Origin: Mobula hypostoma
Lineage: Eukaryota
Assembly (NCBI RefSeq): GCF_963921235.1
Contig: NC_086105.1
Location: 135,532,001-135,596,000, forward strand
Length of the DNA: 64,000 nt
Reading direction: 5' to 3'
Shown here piece by piece: positions 1 to 12,200 of this stretch; positions within the stretch are counted from its first letter, which is position 1; every line of letters begins with the position of its first letter. The notes beneath the pieces are model-generated. The model had not been told where the DNA came from, did not search any database, and saw only the letters and a list, made by a program, of their open reading frames with translations. The translations under genes were made by a program, and so were the position numbers.

Positions 1-309
1 AGTAGCTCTGAAACACAACATACCTGGGAAATGCCATGGGCTGTATGATTTCCAGAAAAATGCAAACCAGTGCCTCAGGTCATTTGAACTGGAAAAATGG
101 TCATAGTCATAGTCATACTTTATTGATCCTGGGGGAAATTGGTTATAGTCATACTATAGTCAATAGAGGGGAAGCAAATTTTAAGGAGAAGCTGAGGCCA
201 AAAGAAACAGGAATATCAACCTCATTCCAGCCAGTCACAGACTTCCCTTTGCCCCTCTCTGACACCTCCTCAATTTTTGCTTCTTAAAGGTTACCTGTAA
301 GTTAATTGG

Positions 310-1330
310 AACTAGAATTGGTTTATTGTTGTCACATGCATCAAGATACAGTGAAATGCTTGCTTTGCATACTGTTCGTACAGGTCAAACCATTACACAG
401 TGCATTGAGGTAGTTGGATCATGCATTATGTGCCGTGTCATATGTTGTAGGTGATCATTCTTTCTATGATCGTGACTGCTCTTGGCAATCTTTTTTACAG
501 AAGTGGTTTGCCATTGCCTTCTTCTGGGCAGTGTCTTTACAAGGCGGGTGACCCCAGCCATTATCAGCACTCTTCAGAGATTGTCTGCCTGGCATCAATG
601 TTCGCATAACCAGGACTTGTGATATGCACCAGCCGCTCATATGACCATGGCTTCACGTGACCCTGATCGGGGGGCTAAGCAGATGCTACACCTTGCCCAA
701 GGGTGACCTACAGGCTAGCAGAGGGAAGGAGTGCCTTACACCTCCTTTGGTAGAGATGTATCTTCACCCTGCCACCCAGATTGAGGTAGTACAAAGAAAA
801 ATTACAACACAATTCAAAATGAAGTGCAACAGCTATAGAGAAAGTATGGTGTAAGTAGACAATTCGGTGCAAGATCATAACGAGGTAGATTGTGACGCCA
901 AGGGAACATATTATACTAACAGACCATAATAGTCATATAACATTGGGGTATCTTCTGTCTGATGGAAGGGGAGAAAAGAGAATATCTGGAGTGGGTGGGG
1001 TCTTTGATTATGCTGGCTTCTCTAATGTAAGCAGCAGGAAGGGTATATAAGAGTCCATGGAGGGAAGGCTGGCTTCTGAGATGTGCTGAGCTGTGTCCAC
1101 AGTTTACTGCCACTGGCCGAGCAGTTACCATACTAAGGCGTGATGCTTTCCATGGTGTATTTTTTAAAAAATGGTAAAGGTCGATGGGGACATGCCAAAT
1201 TTCTTTAGCCCCCTGAGGAAGTTGGTGAACTTAAGTGGTGTCTATGTGATTGGACCAGAAGAGGCTATTGGTGACAGTCACTCCTAGGAACCTGAAGCTC
1301 TCCACCTTTCCAACCTCAGCATCGTTGATG
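310..1330 (-). mobile_element. Degenerate Rex1/Babar-like LINE 3' end (host of the 415-779 insertion)
   Basis: Remnants VESFRFLGVTVTNSLFWSNHID and ASIIKDPTHS. Confidence 0.6.
415..779 (-). mobile_element. RTE-related non-autonomous element/SINE
   Basis: 11-bp TSD attgaggtagt (404-414, 780-790); RTE/Bov-A-like motif ggcaatggcaaaccacttc; second copy at about 44575-44770 (+). Confidence 0.65.
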
Positions 1331-1939
1331 AAATCGGGAGCATGTGAACCACACTCTCCTTCATGAAACTCTGTTTCCCTTTGCACAGGTGCCTCCTGAC
1401 CTGCACCTTCTCTTTTTAATTCACATTTCAAGCATCTGTGGTACTTAGATTTAGCAGAACTCTGCCTTCAATTCATCCACCTTTTAAGCACATCACAGCA
1501 CAGAACCAGACTTCAACCCACAACATTCACACCAGCCCTCGGTCATGTTGCTTTCTCCTTCCACTGTCGCTTTAAGTACATCAGTGCCGTTCCCCACAAG
1601 TACACCGCGGGAGCAGCTGTTACATTTTATATAAAGATTGTAGCTCAATTATTTTTCATGGGTAAAACTTTATGAATTGTAATTACCATTAATATTATTT
1701 ATCCTTCATTCGTCCCCCATCCGGTGTCACTGCCTAAGGGCTATAATTGCTTCTGATAAATAAAACACCTAATTTGGTGGCGAGGGAATTATAACGAGTC
1801 AGATAACGGATCAATCAGATTCTGAACTCTAAGAAGGATAAATAAGCAGTGAAACTCTGCGAGAGAGAGGGGGAAGAGATTTATTATGCTGCCTGCAAAC
1901 TGAAACTGCTGCAAACATTTCTATTGCATGTTGGTTTAT

Positions 1940-2950
1940 GATCAGGTTACGGTGAAGCGATGAAGAGGGATGGGATTGCGAGAGTGGTTGTGGTCTCCGT
2001 GTTGGTGGGGGAATTGTTCGGCGGCAGCTTGGTTACCTGGTCGGATTGCAGAGGGAGCTGGACTCCTCNNNNNNNNNNNNNNNNNNNNNNNNNNNNNNNN
2101 NNNNNNNNNNNNNNNNNNNNNNNNNNNNNNNNNNNNNNNNNNNNNNNNNNNNNNNNNNNNNNNNNNNNNNNNNNNNNNNNNNNNNNNNNNNNNNNNNNNN
2201 NTCGGCGATGGGGCAGTGCCAGATCCGGGGGTCTCACTGGCAAAGCTTTGTGCTGGGGGCTGGCGTTTGACTGCCCCCGTCCCGGGATGTTTATTGTTCT
2301 GAAACCCGGCGATCTGGATCTGGGAGCGCCTTGATCGATTGGATCCAGCCCCGGTTGCAAGGGGGAGGGAGCGGCGAACATGTACCCGGCTCTGAGCTCC
2401 TTCTACTGGGCGCCTGTGGCCGTGACGGGCTGGGAGCTGTGCTGTCCGGAGGCCGGCGGCAGGCCGGTTACGGCTGGCGTCCAGACACCCCTGGAAGGGG
2501 GAGCGGGAGAGGGTAGCTCGGCCACAGCGGCCGGTGGGGTAGTACGCACAGCGAGCCCTAGCTCCGGTCAGAGGAAGGGCTGCAGCCCCGAGGAGATCCA
2601 CTTGGCCGAGTGGGGGTCGGAGATACTCCAGCGGGAGAGGGAGGCTGCCAGGGAGGTGGAAAGGCAGGAGAGGGACGAGCGGCAGGCGACGGACATCGCC
2701 CTGAAGTACATTCGTCCGGACCAATGTCTGAAGTACATCAGGGTATGCGTGGACCCTGGTGAGTGAGCCTTCGCACCGTTTTGTTTCGTTCCCCGCAAAT
2801 TATTAACCCGTGACGCTAACAAAGGCAGCAAACACTCAACACGTCAGGCGGCGTCTTTCCACGGAGATGCTCGAATTCCTCCCGCAGATGATGTTCCTTT
2901 CCAGCTTCTACCGTCTCTTGTGGAGAGAGAGAAACAGGCTTCAGGTCAAC
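1940..2950. promoter_or_regulatory. CpG island over the EME2 5' region (contains 133-N gap 2069-2201)
   Basis: High GC and CpG density overlapping EME2 exon 1. Confidence 0.65.
2380..2758 (+). CDS. EME2: EME2 coding exon 1 (5' end uncertain)
   Basis: ...LKYIRPDQCLKYIRVCVDP then G|gtgagt donor. Confidence 0.75.
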
Positions 2951-3188
2951 ATCGGTTCAAGGTTTTGCTGTGTTACTGTTTCAGATTTCTGGCGTTTGTT
3001 TTGATTTGATGTAACTTTAAAAAAAACTATAAATTACTAATATATTATTACACATTACCTGTTATTACTGAGCTAATACAAAGCTAAGTACTTTTATTTT
3101 TGTTTTCCTTCCACCTTCCTATTTTAACTAATATATAGTACTGCGCAAGTTTCTCTCTGTCTCTATCTCTCTCTCTCTCTACCTGTCT

Positions 3189-3222
<34 letters not shown>

Positions 3223-6200
3223 GTACAGCATATAGTGCTGTATATTTATTGTCAATTATAATTTTTCAACATATGCCAGTGATACTAAACTAGATTCTGA
3301 GGTGTGTGTGAAGTAGGAACGGAGGGGTTCTAATACAAGCAGTTTTATGCGAGGATTTTAATTGGTACTGATTCATGTAAATGAGTGCTTGGTAATATGT
3401 TTCTGTTACACCTATTGAGATATAGTGAATAGCTTTGTGTGCCATCCAGACAGATTATTAAGGGGGGCAGTAACACAGTAGCATAATGTAGAATATAGTG
3501 TTACAGTTAGAGAGAAAGTACAGTGTAGACTGACAAATAGAGTGCAAAGGCCAGGATGAGGTCGACTGGGAGATCAAGTGTTCATCCGTATTGTATAAGT
3601 GGTCTGTTCAAGGGTCTCATGTCAGCAGGATAGAAGCTGCCCCTGAGCCTAGCAATACGAGTTTTGAAGCTTTGGCGTTTCCTGCACAATGGAAGGGTGG
3701 AGTGACCAGAGTGGGTGAGGTCTTTGATTACGTTGGCTGGTTTCCCAAGGCTATGGGAAATGTAGGCAGAGTCATTGGAAGGAGCGACTAGCATTCATGA
3801 TAGATTGGGCTGTGTTTGCAACTCTCTACAATTTCTTGCAGTCTTGGTAAAGGTATTCAGAGGTGTCTAATATAGGAAGGTTCAGGAGGTAACAGTTTAA
3901 TTGCTAATTTGTTTATTATTGTCACTCACACGGAAATACAGTGGAAAATCTTTGCATATCGTTCAGACAGATCATTCCACACACAAGGACATCAAGGTAG
4001 TTGAGTTGATGCCCTCTGTTGGTCGCGGTTGACCATGGATGTTGCGTCCCAGCTATGTGATAAGTAAGGCAGTACGATACGGAGAGCAAGCTGTTGCCCA
4101 TGTAGCAGGTTTCCCCTCTCCACACAGCTGAGGAATCCAAAGGAACGGCAGATACTGATACAGTTTGGCACCAGTGGCATCACAGAAGTTGCCAGTTAGC
4201 GCTGTACTCAACATTGGATTTCAGCTCCAGACTTTTCCTTAAAGTTTACTCCCCAAGCCTTCCCCATGAGCCGGTATAGCTGCAAAGCAGTGGAGATTTG
4301 AGATCTAAGTTTTCCTTCTAGATGAGCTGCCAACCACGACTGACGAGTAAAAAAAGAAAGAAAAAAAATAGAATGCAGGATAGCACACATAAAGTGCTGG
4401 AGAAACTCAGCAGGTTAAGGCAGCATTTATGAAGAGGAATAATGAGTTGATGTTTCAGGATCAGGAGTTGATGTTCGTCAGGATTCAGGATGTAGTGTTA
4501 AAATTAATAATTAAGTGTAAAGGCCATGATAGATTGAGTGATTGAGTTTATCTTTATCATAGTATTTAGAAAGCAATCAATTTACATATAAAACAAAAAA
4601 AAGTTAGAACTGTTTGTGACTGATTATTCATTCGGTGGGAACTTCCTGAAATAGTTGAAGTGTTTTTTTTTCTTTCAGTTCTGGAGGGGTGAATTCTGCA
4701 CTTGAACTGAACATGTGTTGCTCCTCACTTAGCTATTCTGCAGGAGGCTGGCGGCTACGTGTTGCTGGATGTCTTGAACTCGCTGGAATCGGAGTATAGC
4801 ATTGAGCATCAGTCTGTGCCCTCCACCATAACATGGAGAAGAGAGTTACCTCAAGACATATTGGATGAGCTGTCTGATGAGGTAAGCAGATAGGATGCTT
4901 AAAAGGACAACTCGGATTTCTGATTCATTTATTTTGTTACATATACACTGAAACATACAGTGAAATGTATGGTTTGCATTAACAACCAACACACCCAAGG
5001 ACGTGCTGGGGGCAGCCCACAAGTGTCACCACACATTACAGCGCCAACATAGCACGCCTACAATGTTCAGAAGAACAACATAGAAGACTACAAAACGGAG
5101 CCCTCCAAACAACAAGGCAACAACAGCAAAACAATCCCTGTTCCTCCCTCCCTTCTGCCCACCCATGCACATACAGTACATGGTCCTTATGGTCCCTTAA
5201 CCCAAGACCCTCCTTGTCTTCCTCCCTTTCCTTACATGCCTTGGAACACAGAATGATCATAGTGTAACTCTGGATTCATCACTAGCTCAAACTCACACAG
5301 CTTCTACATGCCACTGTAAGATAAAGTATTTTAGTGTGATGCCTTTCACACCTTCCCAAATCATGTTATAGCCATTGGCATACATTTTGAAAGAGGGCAA
5401 CTGTTCTATCACAGAAAATACTGCAGCCAGTTTTCCCAAAGCAAACTCCCACATACAGCAATGTTTACTAGTGATTTTGGCTGAGAAGTCTATGGTATCA
5501 GATTATGCTTTACAAATGTTTTATATTCTGCTCACTAACTAGATTGAAGAGGTTTCTTTTAAGAACAAGAAAATCAAATAATGTCACTCCAGCTCTGAAA
5601 ACATTTATAATCACTAGAGGCTTTGTAGATGCTGGAAATACAAAGTAACACACACACACACACACACAAAATGCTGGAAGAACTCAGCAGGTCAGGCAGC
5701 ATCTACGGAAAGCAATAGAGAGTCAACGTCTTCGACCAAACCACTGACTCTTCATTCCTTTTCATAGATGCTGCCTGATGAGTACCTCCAGCATTTTGTG
5801 TCTGAAAACATTTAATAGCCAGCAGGAGACCTCTGTGTAAGTGTGCAGGTAGGCACTAGCAGTGTGCAGAGACAGTGGTGTGAATTTGAGCATTGTATTC
5901 TGAATTGATTTCTTCATTCACTAGTTATTGATCTCAGAAAAAAATGTGCCAAGACTTCAGTCTTAAACTGAACTATCATTATGAAGAGCAACTCTTTTTC
6001 TGTGTTTGTGAGAGCGATTACATTGCAAGCTAAAACTCATGTTGTAAGTAACATATCCTCTTAACTCATCCAAGATGGCTTAGGAAATTCTCTTCTGCAT
6101 CTTATTGGGGTGCTACTGTAGTTTAGTGGTTAGCACAGGGCTTTACAGATAGATAGATATACTTTATTGATCCTGAGGGAAATTGGGTTTCATTATAGCC

Positions 6201-9200
6201 ACACCAACCAAGCATAGAGCATAAAGATAGCAATACAAAAACCACAAACAATCAAACAACAAAATGCAAACTATGCCAGATGGAAATAAGTCCAGGACCA
6301 GCCTATTGGCTCAGGGTGTCTGACCCTCCACGGGAGGAGCTGCAAAGTTCGATGGCCACAGGCAGGAACAACCTCCCGTGACGCCCAGTGTTGTATCTCG
6401 GTGGAATGTGGCCGGGGTCCAACAGCAAAAAGTTCAATATCCGGTCTACAAACACGTTCCTCGATCGTAATATGACCTGGATTGTACCATCCGTTGTTAA
6501 CCAGAACAGTAAGCACCCAACTCCTTTACGCTTACCGCTCTCAGTGCACTTCCGGTCAGCCCGAATGGTCTGGAAGCCATCCATGGAAAAGATTTGATCG
6601 GGTATGTCTTCGTGCAGCCCCGTTCCAGTAAAACACATCACACTGCACTCCGGAAATGTTCTCCGACGCCTTTCTAGCGCCGTGAACTCGTCCATTTTAT
6701 TCCCCACCAAACTCCTCTTCTCCATAAGTCTCTGTTGTCTCGACCCGGTCCTCTTTCCTCGACTTTGTGATCCCCCTCTGCATCCTCTGTGTGTTTTCCT
6801 CCAGATTTCAGCAGGGGTGTCCACCACTGTGCTTGCTAAACCGGCCGGCATAAGCTCATCAAATTTGCTGGTGAACGCAGCAGGCCAGACAGCATCTCTA
6901 GGAAGAGGTACAGTCGACGTTTCAGGCTGAGATCCTTCGTCAGGACTAACTGAAGGAAGAGCTAGTAAGAGATTTGAAAGTGGGAAGAACTAGCTCTTCC
7001 TTCAGTTAGTCCTGATGAAGGGTCTCGGCCCGAAACGTCGACTGTACCTCTTCCTAGGGATGCTGCCTGGCCTGCTGCATTCACCAGACACTTCACCTGT
7101 GAGTCGGCTGGGGTGATATACTGTGTCCGGTGCTCCTGATGTGGCCTTCTATATATTGGCGAGACCCAACGCAGACTGGGAGATCGTTTTGCTGAACACC
7201 TATGCTCTGTCCACCAGAGAAAGCAGGATTTCCCAGTGGCCACACATTTTAATTCCACATCCCATTCCCATTCTGATATGTCTATCCACAGCCTCCTCTA
7301 CTGTAAAGATGAAGCCACACTCAGGTTGGAGGAACAACACCTTATATTCCGTCTGGGTAGCCTCCAACCTGATGGCATGAACATTGACTTCTCAAACTTT
7401 CGCTAATGCCCCACCTCCCCCTCGTACCCCATCCGTTATTTATTTATATACACACACATTCTTTCTCTCTCTCTCCTTTTTCTCCCTCTGTCCCTCTGAC
7501 TATACCCCTTGCCCATCCTCTGGGTTCCCCCCCTCCCCCTTTTCCTTCTCCCTGGGCCTCCTGTCCCATGATCCTCTCGTATCCCTTTTGCCAATTAACT
7601 GTCCAGCTCTTGGCTCCATCCCTCCCCCTCCTGTCTTCTCCTATCATTTGGATCTCCCCCTCCCCCTCCCCCTTTCAAATCTCTTACTAGCTCTTCCTTC
7701 AGATAGTCCTGACGAAGGGTCTCGGCCCGAAACATCGACTGTACCTCTTCCTAGAGATGCTGCCTGGCCTGCTGCATTCACCAGCAAATTTGATGAGTGT
7801 TGCTTGAATTTCCAGCATCTGCAGAATTCCTCGTGTTTGCGGCGTAAGCTCAATCAGCTGGTCCCTGGAATAAACAATGCAACCATGCTTCTACCCCGCT
7901 AATGAGACGTGTCAGAATGTAACTATTTCCAGCACTAAAAACCCAAATAAAATTCTCTCTACCAGCATGTTAGAGAGGGTGCAGCTTCAACGTGTTACCG
8001 TGGGAAAAAAAATACAAAAAATAACGTAAGTTAAAAAAGTAAGAAGGAAAAAGTAAGAATACTCGTCGGAACGTCTGTAACAGGCTGCATGCACGACCGG
8101 CGCATGCGCACATAATGCAGATGGGGACTTCAGAGTTCAATTCCGATGCCCTCTTTAAGAAGTTTGTACGTCCTTCCTGTGAGCGCATGGGTTTCCTCCC
8201 TTATTTCAAAAATGTACCAGTTAGTAGATTAATTGGTCATTGTAAATAGTTCTGTGATTAGGCTAGGGTTAAATAGATACAGTGTAGCTTGTTGGGCTGG
8301 ACAGTCCTGTTCTATGCTGTATTTCCAAATAAAATAAAGTAACATACATTCTAAGTTGATTACTGCATCAACTTAGACAGATCTCTACATCGAAGGAGGA
8401 TAATTCTGTGTTTAGAGGACACAGGAAAATAATGGTCATTTAAACAAAAGAAAACATGTATATCTTAAGGGTCTAAAATAATTAGATGATCAATTTATCC
8501 TTGCATTGTAGTTCACTTGGTGACATTGTTTGTGCTTTCAGGCTAAATATGTGTACAAGTCTAAGGAGGAAAATCAAATTCTGGTGCTGCTTTCACCAAA
8601 TTACTTCCTTAACATGGTGTGGTCACATAAACAGGTAAGGATCAAATTGATGTCTCTGTGCAGCAAGGATGGAGAGATGGAGAGAATGCATGGTGGAGGA
8701 AGGGGGGCGGAGGTGAGGATTTTTGTTTAAAAAAATAACATGAAAATATAGGAAGCAACATTCAAATATAAGAAAATTTAATCAACATATTCCTATATGA
8801 AGGGATAGGGGTTAGTGCAGGAAAGTGGAACTAAGGCAATGCAAATACTTAAGTCTTTATTCTCCGTCAACATCACAGTGGATTGATCTGTAATTTATTG
8901 CCATCTTAAATCTTTACTTCTGATCTTTTCCACCAGCTGCTTTTCTAACAGAACAGTGGCACAATATTGACACAGACACAAGACATTTTTATTTCACAAG
9001 TTTATGGCAGATCATTTGCCTTAGTTCTACTGTCTTGCCTCTCCCTCTGCTTCTTGCTTGGCCCTCTACTTATCTCTCTGGTTTTCACTCTGATGGATGG
9101 GTTGCATTGCAGGAGATGGTGTAGTGTACTTGAGAAAAGAGCTCTGGTTCTGTATTTGGAGCAAGGTTGGGTCTCTTCAACTACATACTTCTTTACTTTC

Positions 9201-12200
9201 CTATTGTCCATAAATGTTTGTGACACATTACTGTTAGCTTTTTACCTTTTATCATGAAGTAGCTGCTAATTCAGTCCTGTTGGCTCTGACGACATTTGTG
9301 TTATGCCTAAACCTCAATCCCATTCTCACTTCTGCCCCAATCCATTGTTACAACCCCCGTTAACCTCACCCAGGGATTTTCCTCTCTCCGCCAGTTCCTT
9401 CTCAACTTCTTGATGGTTTATTGCAAAGAGCCTCAAACAAAATAAATTGTGCTTTTGTGTAGGAAGTAGGCCAATGTTTGTTTAGGATGTAGAGCAGTAG
9501 GGTAGTGTTAACGATTAGTGCATCGCTTTCCAGCACCAGCTTTCACCGATTGGGTTCAATTCCTGCCACTGGCTGTAAGGAGTTTATGCATTCTCCCCAT
9601 GAACACAGATATACAGTAAGGGTTAGTGTGTTGTGGGCATGCTACATTTGCGCTGGAAGCATGGTAACACTTGCGGGCTGCCCAGCACAACTCTTGTTGA
9701 TTTGACATAAGCAATGCTTTTCACTGTATGTTTCAATGTCCATGTGACAATAAAAAAAGGTTAAGCTTTACTTTAAAAGATTTTTTTTTCTTTTGGTCTT
9801 TAATTCCCTCTCGCCTCCTATTATCCGAGATGACTTGTGCTGCATAGAGAACTTCTTTCACCTCAGACGGTTGAAGAAGTTTGGTGTGGGCCCCCAGATC
9901 CTAAGAACTTTCTACAGGGGCATAATTGAAAGCATCCTGACTGGCTGCATCACTGCCGGGTATGGGAACTGTAATTCCCTCAATCCCAAGACTCTGCAGA
10001 GAGTGGTGCAGACAGCCCAGCGCATCTGTAGATGTGAACTTCCCACTATTCAGGACATTTACAAAGACGGGTGTGTTTTTTAAAAAAAAAAGGCCCGAAG
10101 GATCATCGGGGACCTGAGTCACCCCAACCACAATCTATTCCAGCTGCTACCATCCGGGAAAACGGTACCGCAGCATAAAAGCCAGGACCAACAGGCTCCA
10201 GGACAGCTTCTTCCACCAGGCCATCAGACTGATTAAGTCATGCTGACACAACTGAATTTCCATGTTATATTGACTATCCTGTTGTACATTCTATTTATTA
10301 TAAATTACTATAAATTGCACATTTAGACAGAGACATAACACAAAGATTTTTACTCATGTATATGATGGATGTAAGTAATAAAGTCAATTAAATTAATTGC
10401 CAAGGCATAGAAATCTAGGGACCTAGTGTTGGTAAATGGGATTAATGTAGATTGATAATCAATGGCTAGCATGGATGTAGTGGGCCAAAGGGCCAGTAAC
10501 TGTGCTACATGACTAATTCTCATGTTAATCATTCAAGGGGATCAGTTTAGCTTTTTTTTTGCTTGACAGAAAATGAAAGGCATTTTCATGGAAAACATCT
10601 GTGAAACATTTGACAGCTTCATAATGAGAGTTCTGGACAAGCGGTTTCATAGAAAAGCCACATTGGCTGTCATCGGCTTGGATACCTACACAAGGTAAAT
10701 GTGAGTTCACAATATTTCCCAGAAATCTGTTTTCTTTTCAGCCTTGCAACAGATTTAATAATTTCTGTGTAATCTGTTATAAATGGAAGGATGAACTGGC
10801 ATTGGAAAGAGCTCAAAGGTGGTTTACAAGAATGATCCTGGGAATGAAAGGATTAATGTATAGGAAACAGTTGTTGGCTCCGGACCTGTACTTGTGGAAT
10901 TTAGAAGAATAAGGGGAGAAATTTCATTGAAACCTGTGCATATAGAAAGGCCTGGAAAACTTGGACATGGAGAAGACATTTTCAATAGTAGAAGAGTCAA
11001 GGACCAAAGGGGCCACACTCAGAGAAGTATGTTCCTTTTGAACAGAGATGAAGAGGAATTTCTTTGGGCAGAAAGCAGCGTATCTGTGGGATTCATTGCC
11101 ACAGACAGATGTGAGGCCAGGTCATGGGGTGTATTTAAAGCAAAGGTTGATAGGTAAAGCAGTCTTGATGGGCAGAATGGCCTAATTCTGCTCCTCTGTA
11201 TTATCTTTTAAAATTATCTTCTTGCATAAATTACTGAGCTAAAGGTTGATGTAATCTCTTTTACCCTTAAGTAGCAAAGAACATTCCCATAAGCCATTGC
11301 TCCATTCATGTATCTATGTTGATACATTGGAGGCTTCTGGGCTTTCTTATACCATATATAGGGATTTAAAAAGATTAATTAATTTCATAAATCTGAGTTA
11401 ATGTGAAAGTTCAATGGCAGAAATATCAATTAGCAATGATTGATAAACAAAATCAGCTGGACGAACTCAGAAGGTTGAGCAACATCTGTGGGAGGAAAGG
11501 AACTATTGAGGTTTTGTTCCAAAACGTTGACCATTCCTTTCCCTCCACAGATGCCGCTAGACCCATGAGTTCTTTCATCAGATAGTCTGTTGCTCCAGAT
11601 CTCCAATTAGAACAGGTAACTGCCTTTAACTTAGAACTTCTCAGCAAATCCCTTTCCATGGAAAATGTCCTTTTTACCATAATTTAGACTGATTTTATTT
11701 TAAAGATATTAAGCACATTGATGTAAGTTTTTTTGAAAACAAGTGTGATGGTGTACAGAACACCCCAGTAGGGGTGGTGGTAGAGGTAAATACATTAGGA
11801 GCATTTAAGAAACTTAGATAGGCACATATGATAGAAAAGTGGAGGGTTCTGTGGGAGGAAAGGGTTAGATTGACTTTAAACTAGGTTAAAAGGTTGGCAC
11901 AACATTGTAGGCTGAAGGTCCTGTACTGTTCTATGTTCTATAATCACTGATTTGTTACTTAACATAGTTTTCTTAAATTATTTAGGGAAAAGGGGCTTTA
12001 CAGCCCAGTGAAAAGGCAACAGAATTCAGAAAACAACACTGATGAAGATTCAGAATCTTGGGTTAGCAAGGAGCTGGGGTTGACCTGTGCAGATTTGGAT
12101 GAGGTCTGTGTTGTTTTGTACATTAGTTGGTTTCTCATTTCTCCAAACTGACTGACAATCCAGTGCCAATGACAAGTGGGAAAATGAGGAATTTTTTTTT

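Larger units (their letters stand above)
6859..7839 (+). mobile_element. Penelope-like element: inverted pLTR, partial direct pLTR, GIY-YIG C-terminus, 3' pLTR
   Basis: 7087-7406 encodes RHFTCESAGVIYCVRCS*CGLLYIGETQRRLGDRFAEH...[19 protein letters not shown]; 13-bp TSD cggc[a/g]taagctca (6846-6858, 7840-7852). Confidence 0.88.
6150..8117 (-). mobile_element. Internally deleted Rex1/Babar-type LINE (5' UTR and APE N-terminus fused to the 3' end)
   Basis: NKMDEFTAL...ECSVMCFT...GFQTIRADR...SGKRKG (APE) joined to C-terminal IPPRYNT...FLPVAIEL, then AATAAA and a (ctat)n tail; interrupted by Penelope 6859-7839. Confidence 0.75.
6107..8340 (+). mobile_element. V-SINE/HE1-like tRNA SINE split by nested insertions (parts about 6107-6148 and 8118-8340)
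   Basis: A-box-like tagtttagtgg in the left part; B box gttcaattcc and V-domain gggtttcctcc in the right part. Confidence 0.65.

Noticed and set aside
2332-2334. Selenocysteine or readthrough at the in-frame TGA
   Set aside because: EME2 is not a known selenoprotein and I saw no SECIS; an error or uORF is simpler.
1942-2724. 260-aa minus-strand ORF as MRPS34 (head-to-head with EME2 in human)
   Set aside because: No resemblance to MRPS34; it is a GC-rich antisense shadow of EME2 exon 1 spanning the N gap. MRPS34 was not found in the window.
5775-5781. CTGATGA as another hammerhead core
   Set aside because: Created by a deletion in the pLTR arm; no stem II or GAAA follows.
6604-7902. Recurrent ORFs such as [27 protein letters not shown] and [23 protein letters not shown] as a peptide family
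   Set aside because: They are translations of the non-coding Penelope pLTR.
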